Below, one piece after another: positions 1 to 9,696 of a stretch of 48,499 nt of DNA. The notes under the pieces were generated by a model that saw nothing but the letters and a program-made list of their open reading frames with translations, ran no database searches and was not told the DNA's origin. How positions within the stretch are numbered: position 1 is the first letter of the stretch; each line of letters begins with the position of its first letter. The translations under genes and the position numbers were made by a program. Origin of the DNA: Candidatus Poribacteria bacterium (GTDB lineage Bacteria > Poribacteria > WGA-4E > UBA9662); assembly GCA_036339735.1 (NCBI GenBank), contig JAYZAL010000003.1:1-48499 (forward strand). The letters are read 5' to 3'.

Positions 1-218
1 TTTGTGTGGAAAGATTTGAACTGCTGGAGGGCTTCTAAGCCAGACATTCCTGGCAACTGTACGTCCAATAGGACCAGATCTGGTTGGTGTTCAGCGGCTA
101 GACGTAAACCATCTTCCGAATTACTGGCGATTAGAACAGTATAGTTCAGATCTTGAAAAAATTGCTCGAACGCCCAACATATGTTAGAGTCATCATCAAT
201 AACAAGAACGGTATTCAT
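1..218 (-). CDS. Response regulator, N-terminal receiver domain (partial, runs off window start; possibly NtrC-type)
   Basis: Manual translation from ATG at 218: MNTVLVIDDDSNICWAFEQFF...PDLVLLDVQLPGMSGLEAL. This has the receiver acidic pocket (IDDD) and the phospho-acceptor D-x-x-L-P-G. Not in the ORF track. Confidence 0.9.
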   Translation of the reverse strand, partial: MNTVLVIDDDSNICWAFEQFFQDLNYTVLIASNSEDGLRLAAEHQPDLVLLDVQLPGMSGLEALQQFKSFHT

Positions 219-232
219 AGTTATTCACTACT

Positions 233-670
233 TTACCTACAGTGAGAGCAATAGCCTAAAATCTCGTAACGATACTTGAGTGCTTGAAAATTGTGTGTAT
301 GGCAAATTTCATTCTGCCGAGCTTTAACTTCTGGATCTTGAAATTCAATGATTTGTGAGCATTGGATACAAATCAAATGAGCATGCTGACTAGTATTATC
401 ATGAGCGACTTCATACAAAATGTTATTGTTCGCATCAATAATTTCAGTCAGTAATCCACTTTTTACTAACAATGGAAGCGTACGATAAATAGTTGCTTTA
501 GAAGTTTTGTGGCCATTCGCAATCATTTGAAACAAGAGATCGTCAGCTCGAAAATGCGTGTGAAAAGATATGGACTGCTCTAACACTAGCCGTCGCTCTG
601 TGGTCAGCCGAAGATTTTGCGTTTCTAGATAATCCTTAAACTTCTGGATTTGTTGTCTACTCTTTTTCAA
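233..670 (-). CDS. Fur family transcriptional regulator
   Basis: LRLTxxR start, ATIYRTL helix-turn-helix, HAHLICxxC and C-terminal GYCxxC zinc site. Subtype (Fur/Zur/PerR) not determined. Confidence 0.92.
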   Translation of the reverse strand: MKKSRQQIQKFKDYLETQNLRLTTERRLVLEQSISFHTHFRADDLLFQMIANGHKTSKATIYRTLPLLVKSGLLTEIIDANNNILYEVAHDNTSQHAHLICIQCSQIIEFQDPEVKARQNEICHTHNFQALKYRYEILGYCSHCR

Positions 671-675
671 TTTAT

Positions 676-1482
676 TTATTTTTCTTCTATACGTTGTTGA
701 ATAGGGAGGAGCTTATCAGATTTAACCATTTCCCAAATTTGATCTAACTGTTCTAAGCTATAGTCAGTTAACTGGTGTCCACAAGCAGAAACGTGAGCTT
801 CCATTTGATGAAATCGACTTTCAAACTTTTGGTTGGATTTACGAAGTGCAGATTCAGCCTCTACATTCAAAAATCGAGCTAGATTAACTACGGAAAATAA
901 TAAATCGCCGACCTCCATTTCCACTTGATCTATTGGTCCATCAATTAAGCAAGCCTCGATTTCCTCAATTTCTTCTTTTAGTTTTGGCAACACTTCAGTC
1001 ACATTATCCCAATCAAAACCAACACGTGCAGCTTTCGTTTGCAGTTTTTCGGCTCTTTGCAGACTGGGTAAGGCAATAGGTACCCCATCCAGTGCCGAGT
1101 CTCTATCTTGGTATCCTTCTTCGCTTAGTTTAATTTTCTCCCAATTTTGTATTACCTGATTGGTATTTTTCACACTAAGATCGGAAAATACATGGGGGTG
1201 GCGACGGATTAGTTTTTCTGAAATTTTTGCTAGGACTTGTTCTATATCGAAGTTGCCACTTTCCTGACCTATTCGTGCCTGAAGCATGATAACCGATAGA
1301 AGATCACCAAGTTCTTCACAAATCTTGGCTGAGTCATTACTTTCAATTGCCTCAATGATTTCATAGGTTTCCTCTAGAAGGTTTGACTTCAGACTTTGGT
1401 GTGTTTGTTCTCGGTCCCATGGACAACCGTCTTCACTTCGTAATGTGGCAATAATAGACTTGAGTTCTTCAAATAATTTCAT
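676..1482 (-). CDS. mazG: Nucleoside triphosphate pyrophosphohydrolase MazG
   Basis: LRSEDGCPWDREQT, EETYE, EELGDLL, KLIRRHPHVF and second domain EVGDLLF. Confidence 0.95.
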   Translation of the reverse strand: MKLFEELKSIIATLRSEDGCPWDREQTHQSLKSNLLEETYEIIEAIESNDSAKICEELGDLLSVIMLQARIGQESGNFDIEQVLAKISEKLIRRHPHVFSDLSVKNTNQVIQNWEKIKLSEEGYQDRDSALDGVPIALPSLQRAEKLQTKAARVGFDWDNVTEVLPKLKEEIEEIEACLIDGPIDQVEMEVGDLLFSVVNLARFLNVEAESALRKSNQKFESRFHQMEAHVSACGHQLTDYSLEQLDQIWEMVKSDKLLPIQQRIEEK

Positions 1483-1524
1483 TTATCTTTCTATTCAGCC
1501 TCAATTTACTTAAAACCATTAAAC

Positions 1525-1552
1525 AAAAAAAGCCCAGATAAACTATCTGGGC
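1525..1552 (-). terminator. Intrinsic terminator after rpsD
   Basis: 9-bp stem GCCCAGATA/TATCTGGGC with a 3-nt loop, followed by a T7 run on the minus strand. Confidence 0.85.
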
Positions 1553-1584
1553 CTTCATACTCACGATTCATTATTAGAACTAAG

Positions 1585-2196
1585 CTAGAGGAGTCGCGCG
1601 TAATACTCTACAATCAGCTGAATATCTAAGGGAAATGGAACTGATTCAATCGTTGGCAGTGCAGACACAGTGGCCGTACGCCGATTTCGATTTAAGTCCA
1701 ACCAGTCAGGACTAATTAAGCTAGGATTTTCCATAGAAACAGCCACACACTCTAGATTCTGGCTTTTTTCTTTAAGACTAATAACTTCACCAACTCTGAC
1801 CCTATAAGATGCAATGTCTACTTTTCTGCCATTTACTTGAAAATGACCGTGATTAACCAGCTGACGCGCCGCAGGAATAGTAGGAGCGAAACCAGCTCTA
1901 AATACTACATTGTCTAATCTTCTTTCCAGCAATTCCATTAACTTATCACCAGTCGAGAGCTGGCTACGACGAGCGTCGGATACTAGACGACGCAGTTGCT
2001 TCTCACCTAGTCCATAATTGAACCTTATTTTCTGTTTTTCCGTCAAACGACGACCATAATCAGAGACCTTGCGACGAAAGTTATTACCATGCTGCCCAGG
2101 AGGATAAGTTCTCTTCCTCCTTTTCCGTGTTAGTCCAGGCAAGTCTGCATCTAAGGCTCGACACTTTTTGAGTCTAGGTCCAGTGTATCTACTCAT
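1585..2196 (-). CDS. rpsD: 30S ribosomal protein S4 (standalone gene)
   Basis: MSRYTGP, PPGQHG, EKQKIRFNYG, LERRLDNVVFRAGFA, ARQLVNHGH, LIVEYYAR. Confidence 0.97.
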   Translation of the reverse strand: MSRYTGPRLKKCRALDADLPGLTRKRRKRTYPPGQHGNNFRRKVSDYGRRLTEKQKIRFNYGLGEKQLRRLVSDARRSQLSTGDKLMELLERRLDNVVFRAGFAPTIPAARQLVNHGHFQVNGRKVDIASYRVRVGEVISLKEKSQNLECVAVSMENPSLISPDWLDLNRNRRTATVSALPTIESVPFPLDIQLIVEYYARLL

Positions 2197-2279
2197 CTAC
2201 TTCTTATCTCCACCGTGTTCTTTTATGTGTCCGACTAAACTAATTGAATTATCTTTGATAGATCAACGAAAAGAGGTAG

Positions 2280-2308
2280 ATAGTAACATTTTTTCACCTA
2301 GACCGCAA
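2280..2308 (-). promoter_or_regulatory. Putative sigma70 promoter for rpsD
   Basis: TTGCGG-17 nt-TACTAT on the minus strand, with TG upstream of the -10. Confidence 0.5.
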
Positions 2309-2334
2309 GTACAAAGTGATAAGTAAGTAGTCAA

Positions 2335-2889
2335 TTAGTGGTGTGATAAAGAAACAGCGCTCCGTACAATCTCAGGGTCGTTAGACAACCGCTTAGCAGC
2401 TTCGATAACTGTCTGGTGATGATGTTGCATTTCTTTCTGGATTCTATTCAAACGGTTTAACAAAAAAGTTTGATTGTTTTGATAAATGGCTTTTTCAGTC
2501 ATTTTTGCCAAATACATGAATAGTTGATCAGCTTCGCTTCGCTCAATTTCAATCGTTATCCTAAACCCATCACTTAAACTCACGTTCATTTCGGAAACTC
2601 TTTGTTCGTGCTCGGTTAAATCATCTCTAATTTGGCTAATCGAACCACTAGCAGGCAAATCGTGGATCCGCATGTCTAAGTCAAAAGCCGCATCACAGAG
2701 GCCACGACCAAATTCTATCAGGACATAATGCTGCCATTCTTGGGTGCTCATTGTTTCCCAAAAACGAGCGACTCGATCATCAATTCCTCCCAGCAACAAG
2801 GACAGCCGAGCATAAATTCTGGCGAACCGTAGTTCAATGTCTTGACATGCATCAAATGCATCTCTAAGTGTTAAATATTTATCAGTCAT
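2335..2889 (-). CDS. Ferritin-like / rubrerythrin-like four-helix bundle protein
   Basis: IELxxxxxY...ExxH (QEWQH) and second half IERSE...EMQHH pattern of di-iron carboxylate proteins. Confidence 0.6.
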   Translation of the reverse strand: MTDKYLTLRDAFDACQDIELRFARIYARLSLLLGGIDDRVARFWETMSTQEWQHYVLIEFGRGLCDAAFDLDMRIHDLPASGSISQIRDDLTEHEQRVSEMNVSLSDGFRITIEIERSEADQLFMYLAKMTEKAIYQNNQTFLLNRLNRIQKEMQHHHQTVIEAAKRLSNDPEIVRSAVSLSHH

Positions 2890-3767
2890 GAAACAATTAA
2901 TGGTAAAAACATATCTAGAAGGATCAATTTGCCTTTACCTCCTCCATTTTTCTTTAAGCGATAGTCTATTCTATTTGACTTTTGTATCCTGTTTGTCTAT
3001 TGAACTTGTTTTGTTTTTAAAATTAGAACCATATATCGTATGTGGTTAAATGCAACAGCATAAATACTGGCCAGCGAACAAACATAAGGCCTTATTTCGT
3101 GATTCAGTTTACTTATAAGAATCTGGCACTCACATCAAGGAGGTGGAACTTTGAAAATAAAGACCAAGAACGATATCGAGTTATTAAGAGCCCCCATTCA
3201 GTAATACGCCAGCAAGAATACTACATCGATTTTAGCCAGCAATAAACTGAGAAGGCTAGCTATTTAAACTGATTTTTTGTGTGGTTTAATTTCCGGCTGA
3301 CGCGATGCCACTTTACCTACACAGTTGATCTTCTTGGAAGCGTGTCAGCTCGCGCATTCATTGCAACTAGAGTTTTTGCTAACCTCAATTAAGATGTAAA
3401 CTTTCTAGTATATAGAACCTTCCGGGCCAGTAACAACTTTATTTATCAGGTCGTTGACCAAGAGCGAAACCGAGTGTACATTTCATCTTGTTGCCAAGAA
3501 GTGTCTAAGTTAGATTCATATGAGTCTTTAGAATCGAACGAAAATACACTCTATCGTATGTGCCCCAGTTCTATTACCATTCGAGTTCTAGTTTCTCTGC
3601 TTTTGGTAGTTAGTTAGCTGCAAGCACAAAAAGCAGATCCTTACGCCCAAATTTTATCACGACGATCCATTGATTCCAAATCGAATCTATGACAGACGAA
3701 AAAGCTTGCATACAAGAGATAAGTTTGTCAAAATAGGACCTTGGATCGAGGAGGTAAATTATCTTCT

Positions 3768-5174
3768 ATGAAAGAATTCTTGAGAACAACACGGCGTGTT
3801 TTTCTTTCCCGGGCGAGTTTGGGTTTGGGGTCAGTTGCTCTTTCTCAACTCCTGCCCCAGCAGGTATCCAGCCTTACAAACCCACAATTTTCACCTCGTG
3901 CTAAGCGAGTGATCTACCTTTTCCAGAGTGGTGGCCCATCACAACTTGACCTATTTGATTATAAACCTATTTTGAATAGACGAAATGGGGAGGAACTGCC
4001 TGATTCAATTCGCCGCGGCCAGCGGCTAACGTCTATGTCTGCTAATCAGGCAAGCTTGCCTTTGGCGGGTTCAACCTTTCAGTTTAAAAAAGAAGGACAG
4101 TCAGGAAATTGGGTTAGCCAATTACTACCTCACACTGCTGCGATTGTAGATGACCTCTGTTTCATTAAGTCAATGTATACAGAAGCCATTAATCATGATC
4201 CTGCTATCACCTTTTTCCAAACTGGTTCGCAAATCGCAGGCAGGCCATCTTTAGGGTCTTGGCTCAGCTATGGTCTTGGATCGCTAAACGCTGATTTGCC
4301 AACTTTTTGTGTGTTAGTTAGTAAGGATAAAGGTGGGCAGCCGCTCTACTCTCGGTTATGGGGTAGTGGTTTTTTGCCTTCACGTCATCAGGGGATTCAA
4401 TTCCGGTCAGGTAAGAATCCTATACTCTATTTGACTAATCCAGATGGGATCTCGCAAAAATGCCGGCGTATAATGTTGGATCGATTACAAGAATTACATC
4501 ATCTAGAGTTTGATCGTGAGAGTGACCCGGAAATTCAAACAAGAATAGCGCAGTATGAAATGGCATATCGTATGCAGACCTCTGTACCGGAAGTGACTAG
4601 TATAGAAGATGAGCCTGATTATGTTTTTGATATGTATGGGCCGGATTCGCGCAATTTCGGATCCTTTGCATCCAACTGTCTACTAGCTCGTCGGCTTGCG
4701 GAGCGCGATGTTCGGTTTATCCAGTTATATCATCAAGGTTGGGATCAACACGGAAATTTACCTAGTAGTATTAGCCGCCAGTGCCAAGAAACGGACCAGC
4801 CAGCAGCCGCTTTGGTTCAAGACCTCAAACAACGAGGTATGTTAGATGATACTCTGGTAATATGGGGCGGTGAGTTTGGTCGCACCAATTATTGCCAAGG
4901 GAAATTAACTAAAACTAATTATGGCCGTGATCACCACCCGCGCTGCTTCACTGTTTGGATGGCTGGTGCTGGAATCAAACCTGGATATTGTCACGGAAAG
5001 ACAGATGACTTCGGTTATAATATAACTGAAGATCCAGTCCATGTACATGATCTGAATGCAACGTTGCTCCATTTACTTGGAATTGACCATGAAAGGTTGA
5101 CGTTCAAATACCAAGGCCGCCACTTCCGTTTAACCGATGTACACGGACGTTTGATTAAGCCAATTTTGTCTTGA
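3768..5174 (+). CDS. DUF1501 domain protein (sulfatase-like, Tat-like N-terminus)
   Basis: [60 protein letters not shown] precedes ATG 3768; TRRVFL twin-arginine-like motif. Confidence 0.9.
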   Translation: MKEFLRTTRRVFLSRASLGLGSVALSQLLPQQVSSLTNPQFSPRAKRVIYLFQSGGPSQLDLFDYKPILNRRNGEELPDSIRRGQRLTSMSANQASLPLAGSTFQFKKEGQSGNWVSQLLPHTAAIVDDLCFIKSMYTEAINHDPAITFFQTGSQIAGRPSLGSWLSYGLGSLNADLPTFCVLVSKDKGGQPLYSRLWGSGFLPSRHQGIQFRSGKNPILYLTNPDGISQKCRRIMLDRLQELHHLEFDRESDPEIQTRIAQYEMAYRMQTSVPEVTSIEDEPDYVFDMYGPDSRNFGSFASNCLLARRLAERDVRFIQLYHQGWDQHGNLPSSISRQCQETDQPAAALVQDLKQRGMLDDTLVIWGGEFGRTNYCQGKLTKTNYGRDHHPRCFTVWMAGAGIKPGYCHGKTDDFGYNITEDPVHVHDLNATLLHLLGIDHERLTFKYQGRHFRLTDVHGRLIKPILS

Positions 5175-5235
5175 TCTGAGTAGTCGTAATGATATTTGTC
5201 TATATATCGATAGTTACGCAGTTTTTGAATTTTCG

Positions 5236-5796
5236 ATGAGAATTATCGCTGGGCGTTTTAAGGGAAGGCGGTTAGCTAGACCGAAGCACGCAGTTGTCCG
5301 CCCAACAGCAGATCGGGTGAGAGAGTCTTACTTCCGCATAGTTCAGAGTCAGATAGTTGGAGTAACCTTTTTGGATTTATGTGCTGGTAGTGGTGCGATC
5401 GGCTTAGAGGCGTTTAGCCGTGGTGCTGAACAGGTTTTTTTTTTAGAAAATGACTACCGATCAGTTCGACTGATTAAAGACAATCTCGAAAAATGTGGTG
5501 TTTCAGCTGACGATCATCGAATTAAGCTGCTGCCTGTTGATATCCTGAGGTATCTGAACGGTTTTGATATTACACATACACAGTTTCAGATGATTTATTT
5601 CGATCCACCGTACGATTCAGACTTTTATCTCAAGTGTCTTGATCAAGTCAGTACGTCACATATACTGGTAGATCAGGGAATAATTTGTGTTGAACATGAT
5701 CAAAATAATTTTCCTACACAAATTGGGCACCTAAAGCAAATCAAACAAAAAAAATATGGAAATACCCGTTTATCTTTTTTTAGAATGGAAAAATAA
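5236..5796 (+). CDS. rsmD: 16S rRNA m2G966 methyltransferase RsmD
   Basis: MRIIAGRFKGR, RPTADRVRES, LDLCAGSGAIGLEAFSRGA, DPPY, KYG. Confidence 0.95.
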   Translation: MRIIAGRFKGRRLARPKHAVVRPTADRVRESYFRIVQSQIVGVTFLDLCAGSGAIGLEAFSRGAEQVFFLENDYRSVRLIKDNLEKCGVSADDHRIKLLPVDILRYLNGFDITHTQFQMIYFDPPYDSDFYLKCLDQVSTSHILVDQGIICVEHDQNNFPTQIGHLKQIKQKKYGNTRLSFFRMEK

Positions 5797-6455
5797 ATAT
5801 TCTGATGGGCAGAATTGGTATCACCGTATTAACAGATATTTTCGAAGACAGATCACTGAATGGCTTTAATGAGTATGCATGCAAATCATATGACTAATAG
5901 AAAATATCCGATGGAGAAGTCTTAGATGTCATTTGTATTTGTATGCATACCGTTTTTGTTGATTAAAAATTCCCCCTTTTCGGGAAAACTGATTGTATCC
6001 CGCACGAATTTAGCGAAGTTAACAAACTTACCGATTTTAATACCGGTTGCTACACATGAAATTGCGGACCATGATAGGGGTAATATGGTCGATTTTTCTG
6101 ACTACGATGTGAACATTGTCAGTATTAGTTTTGCTAACGACATGGTATAAGTTGTTTTTTCGCTTTTATATTGAAAGTAAAGTGATGGATTGGGTTAGAT
6201 CGATCCAAGACTAGTGTTGTCAGAGATATTGATGGTAATTCAATAGGTATGAATTTTCTGGCCAGATAGAAGAACATAGTAGTAACATGAATGGTTAGCC
6301 TTACGAATATAGATATTTTATTTGTGCTTTCAAAAAGTAGGAAGATTTCGAAAAATATAGAAAATTATAAATTAGGGCTAAAAAGCTTACAGTTAACGCT
6401 TTCGGCTAGTTGATTCTTCAACTAATACAAGCAAAGTTGTCACTGTGGATAGGAT

Positions 6456-7955
6456 GTGAAAATGAAAATTAGTGTCCAAATTGGGGACTTACGAACAATC
6501 GAAGTTGATGCTATTTGCTGTCCGACCTTTGAAGGTAATAAATTAGATGATATCGGTAAAATAATTGACCGATCAACAAATGGTCAAATCAGTCATCTAT
6601 TAACGCTTGGAGACCATACTGGTAAGATAAAACAATCTACTATTTTGTACAGCAATGAAGGAATTACATCTCCACGTGTCTGCTTGGTTGGCCTAGGTAA
6701 GCTAAAACGACTAAACCTGGAAGCCATTAGACAAGCAACAGCAAGTGCTTTAAGAAAAATACAAGAGCTTGGGTGTAAAACTGTTGCCTGCTCAGTATCT
6801 GTACCAGAAGCAAGTGGCGATCAAATTCAGGCCCTAGTTGTAGGCGCAAAATTAGGTTTATATCAATTCAATCAGTATCAAACTAATACTGACACTGAAA
6901 CCTCTATTGAAGAATTATGTTTGCTGGTAAGTAGTGAATTAGGGCGTGAAACAGTTGAAAAAATAGTTAGAAAGGCTGAGGCTATTGCTGATGGTACACT
7001 CTTTGCCCGGGATTTAACTAATCATCCTGCCAACAAGTTGACTCCAACCGATTTCGCTAATAGGGCTCAGGATCTTGCGGCCACCAGTAACTATCTGGAA
7101 TGTCAGATTTTTGATCAAGTAGAACTAGCGAAAAAAGGATTTAATGCCTTGCTAGGTGTCGCTCAAGGTGGACCTCAGGCACCAAAGCTAATTCAGCTGA
7201 CTTATAAACCTAAAAGCCCACTTAAAACTGAAACTGTAGTTTTAGTTGGTAAGGGAATCACCTTCGATAGTGGAGGATTATCATTAAAGTCTGGTACTGG
7301 AATGATGACAATGAAATCAGATATGGCCGGAGCTGCTGCTGTTATGGCAACTATACAGGTTATATCTCAAATTCGTCCTAATCTTACCGTGATTGGGCTA
7401 ATCGCAGCAACCGAAAATATGCCATCAGGCACAGCACAGAAGCCAGGTGATGTTGTTAAGTCATTCGGTGGAAAAACTATTGAAGTTCTTAATACAGATG
7501 CGGAGGGTAGATTGGTCTTGGCCGATGTTCTTGGTTATGCCAAAATTTTTGAGCCTAAAGCTGTCGTGGATTTGGCGACCTTAACTGGCGCAGTGGTAAC
7601 AGCATTAGGTCGGCATGTTGCTGGGATCATGGGGACTAATCAACAATTGATTGACCAGTTGATCGTCGCGGGTGAAGCCACCCATGAACGCCTCTGGCAA
7701 CTCCCACTTTTTGACGATTACGATGATGGTATTAAAAGTGACATTGCTGATGTTAAAAATATTGGGGACGGTACCGCTGGGGCTATTATTGGTGGCGCAT
7801 TCCTCAAACATTTTGCTGATGGTTATGCTTGGGCGCATATCGATATTGGAGGAGCCAGTGATTACCAAAAAGGATCTGCCTACCTACCTAAGAGTGCTTC
7901 GGGTTATGGCGTTCGATTATTGACTCGGTTTCTCTGCGATTTTGTAGCTGACTAA
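6456..7955 (+). CDS. pepA: Leucyl aminopeptidase (M17 family)
   Basis: VGKGITFDSGG, MKSDMAGAA, NTDAEGRLVLAD, DLATLTGA, WAHIDI. Confidence 0.95.
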   Translation: MKMKISVQIGDLRTIEVDAICCPTFEGNKLDDIGKIIDRSTNGQISHLLTLGDHTGKIKQSTILYSNEGITSPRVCLVGLGKLKRLNLEAIRQATASALRKIQELGCKTVACSVSVPEASGDQIQALVVGAKLGLYQFNQYQTNTDTETSIEELCLLVSSELGRETVEKIVRKAEAIADGTLFARDLTNHPANKLTPTDFANRAQDLAATSNYLECQIFDQVELAKKGFNALLGVAQGGPQAPKLIQLTYKPKSPLKTETVVLVGKGITFDSGGLSLKSGTGMMTMKSDMAGAAAVMATIQVISQIRPNLTVIGLIAATENMPSGTAQKPGDVVKSFGGKTIEVLNTDAEGRLVLADVLGYAKIFEPKAVVDLATLTGAVVTALGRHVAGIMGTNQQLIDQLIVAGEATHERLWQLPLFDDYDDGIKSDIADVKNIGDGTAGAIIGGAFLKHFADGYAWAHIDIGGASDYQKGSAYLPKSASGYGVRLLTRFLCDFVAD

Positions 7956-8578
7956 ATCTAAAGTCTTACAGCAAATTGTAAACAACCAATAAAATAAGTT
8001 GTAATGATTGGGAACTAATCGGCATTTAGTATTTTCTTATTTGCCTCACGACTTTTAGAGGGTGTGTTTGTACGTAGCATCTAGTTTAGTCAGTGTGAGT
8101 AAGAGAATTTGCCCGACTGAATCCGAGCTGATAGAGGAAGCTTTAACAATTCTATCTAAATACTTGGTCGGTAATCTATTTTAGTTTGGTTTTGGTGATA
8201 GATCAGGTTCTTTCTACCAGTCGGGTTTTCGATTAAAGCGGCATCATCCCAATGACAAACCTTGTTTTAGAAACAATTTGAACATTTTGAATGTATCTCT
8301 CCAATAAGACGAACAAAAATAGAGACTTGTTATCCTGACCCTAATTCCAATGATAAGCTTATCTTCACTAAATAAGATTTAGCACAAAGACAGGCAAACT
8401 GATTTGGGATTCAACTTTCCTGAGTCTTAAACCAGAGTAAGTAGTTAGAAGTGCAAGACATACTGATCCGATTAATTTAGATTATACTCAGGGTAGTTTG
8501 GTCTATTGGTTACCTGATTCGTTTTATTTAATAATAATCCAACTAGAGTTTACATCCTGTTAGCCTTGCGACCTAGCT

Positions 8579-8607
8579 TTGACAACCAAGATCTGATCTG
8601 TCATAAT
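8579..8607 (+). promoter_or_regulatory. Putative sigma70 promoter for the oxidoreductase-polA-phyH unit
   Basis: TTGACA-17 nt-CATAAT, about 78 bp upstream of ATG 8685. Confidence 0.7.
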
Positions 8608-8684
8608 CGTGGGGATTTCGTTGTCTCGTTACCTCATTACAAATGAGTTTAAAATAAGTATGTTATATAAGTGAGTCATTCATT

Positions 8685-9656
8685 ATGAGCCAGGAAGTGC
8701 GTTTTGGTGTTGTTGGTCTAGGTATGGGTATGAACCGTTCTAATCAGGTTGTTGATACTGATGGGGCTAAGTTGGTTGCTGTAGCCGACCTCGATGAGAA
8801 CAAATGTAAAGTCGCCGAAGAGAAATTTAGTTGCGACAGCCATACTGATGCACTTGAAATGTTCGACCGAAACGATATCGATGTAGCTTTTATTATGCTG
8901 CCAAGTGGGTTACACGCGAAATTGGGTGTCGAAGCAGCCAACCGAGGAAAGCATGTGATTACGACCAAACCCATGGATGTCAATTTAAAAAATTGTGATA
9001 CCTTGATTCAGGCTTGTGAACAAAATCAAGTTCAACTATTGGTCGATTTTCAAGAGCGTTATGGAAATAAAAATCGAAAGATTCAATACGCTGTGCAAAA
9101 CGGTTTGATCGGTGAAGTCATTCATTGTGAACTCAGAATGAAGTGGTATCGCCCTGATAGTTACTATATAGGTTGGCACGGAACATGGGAGTTTGACGGC
9201 GGTGGCTCAATTATGAATCAGGGCGTGCATTATGTAGACCTAATGCTTTGGTTTATGGGAGGGGTTAAACGGGTGATTGGTGCTCACTATGACGTATTTG
9301 CTCATGAGAATTGCGAAACTGAAGATTTAGCCACTGCTATTCTAGAATTCAACAATGGTGCTATTGGAACCGTCTATACTACGACAACTTTTCCGAAGGA
9401 GGCTGGAACTGTGTCCATGATTAACATCCATGGTGATAAAGGGGCAGTTGGATTAGGGCCTGACGTTTGGGCGTTTATCGATGGTGAACCTGATATCAGT
9501 CTTCCCGATCACCCTGTTAATGTTGTAGATGATGCCGTGCGTGCTATTCGTGAAGGTCGTATGCCTGCAGTCAGCGGCCAAGAAGGCCGTCGTTCGGTTG
9601 AGCTCAATATGGCAATCTACGAATCAGCTCGTACTGGTCGATCAGTTTCTTTATAA
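8685..9656 (+). CDS. Gfo/Idh/MocA family NAD(P)-dependent oxidoreductase
   Basis: GVVGLG Rossmann start, GKHVITTKPM (EKP variant), GGGSIMNQGVHYVD, ETED. Confidence 0.9.
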   Translation: MSQEVRFGVVGLGMGMNRSNQVVDTDGAKLVAVADLDENKCKVAEEKFSCDSHTDALEMFDRNDIDVAFIMLPSGLHAKLGVEAANRGKHVITTKPMDVNLKNCDTLIQACEQNQVQLLVDFQERYGNKNRKIQYAVQNGLIGEVIHCELRMKWYRPDSYYIGWHGTWEFDGGGSIMNQGVHYVDLMLWFMGGVKRVIGAHYDVFAHENCETEDLATAILEFNNGAIGTVYTTTTFPKEAGTVSMINIHGDKGAVGLGPDVWAFIDGEPDISLPDHPVNVVDDAVRAIREGRMPAVSGQEGRRSVELNMAIYESARTGRSVSL

Positions 9657-9696
9657 CTTCAATCACATTTACGATGTGGTGTCGGATTATATAGTT

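Noticed and set aside
3042-3245. 67-aa ORF, and similar short intergenic ORFs at 5926-6150, 37719-37937, 38014-38214 and 39921-40169
   Set aside because: No recognisable motifs or convincing ribosome-binding sites; not supported as genes.
9529-9696. N-terminal extension of PolA in the ORF track
   Set aside because: It overlaps the upstream gene; PolA similarity begins at MSEVSKKLFLLDG (9697).
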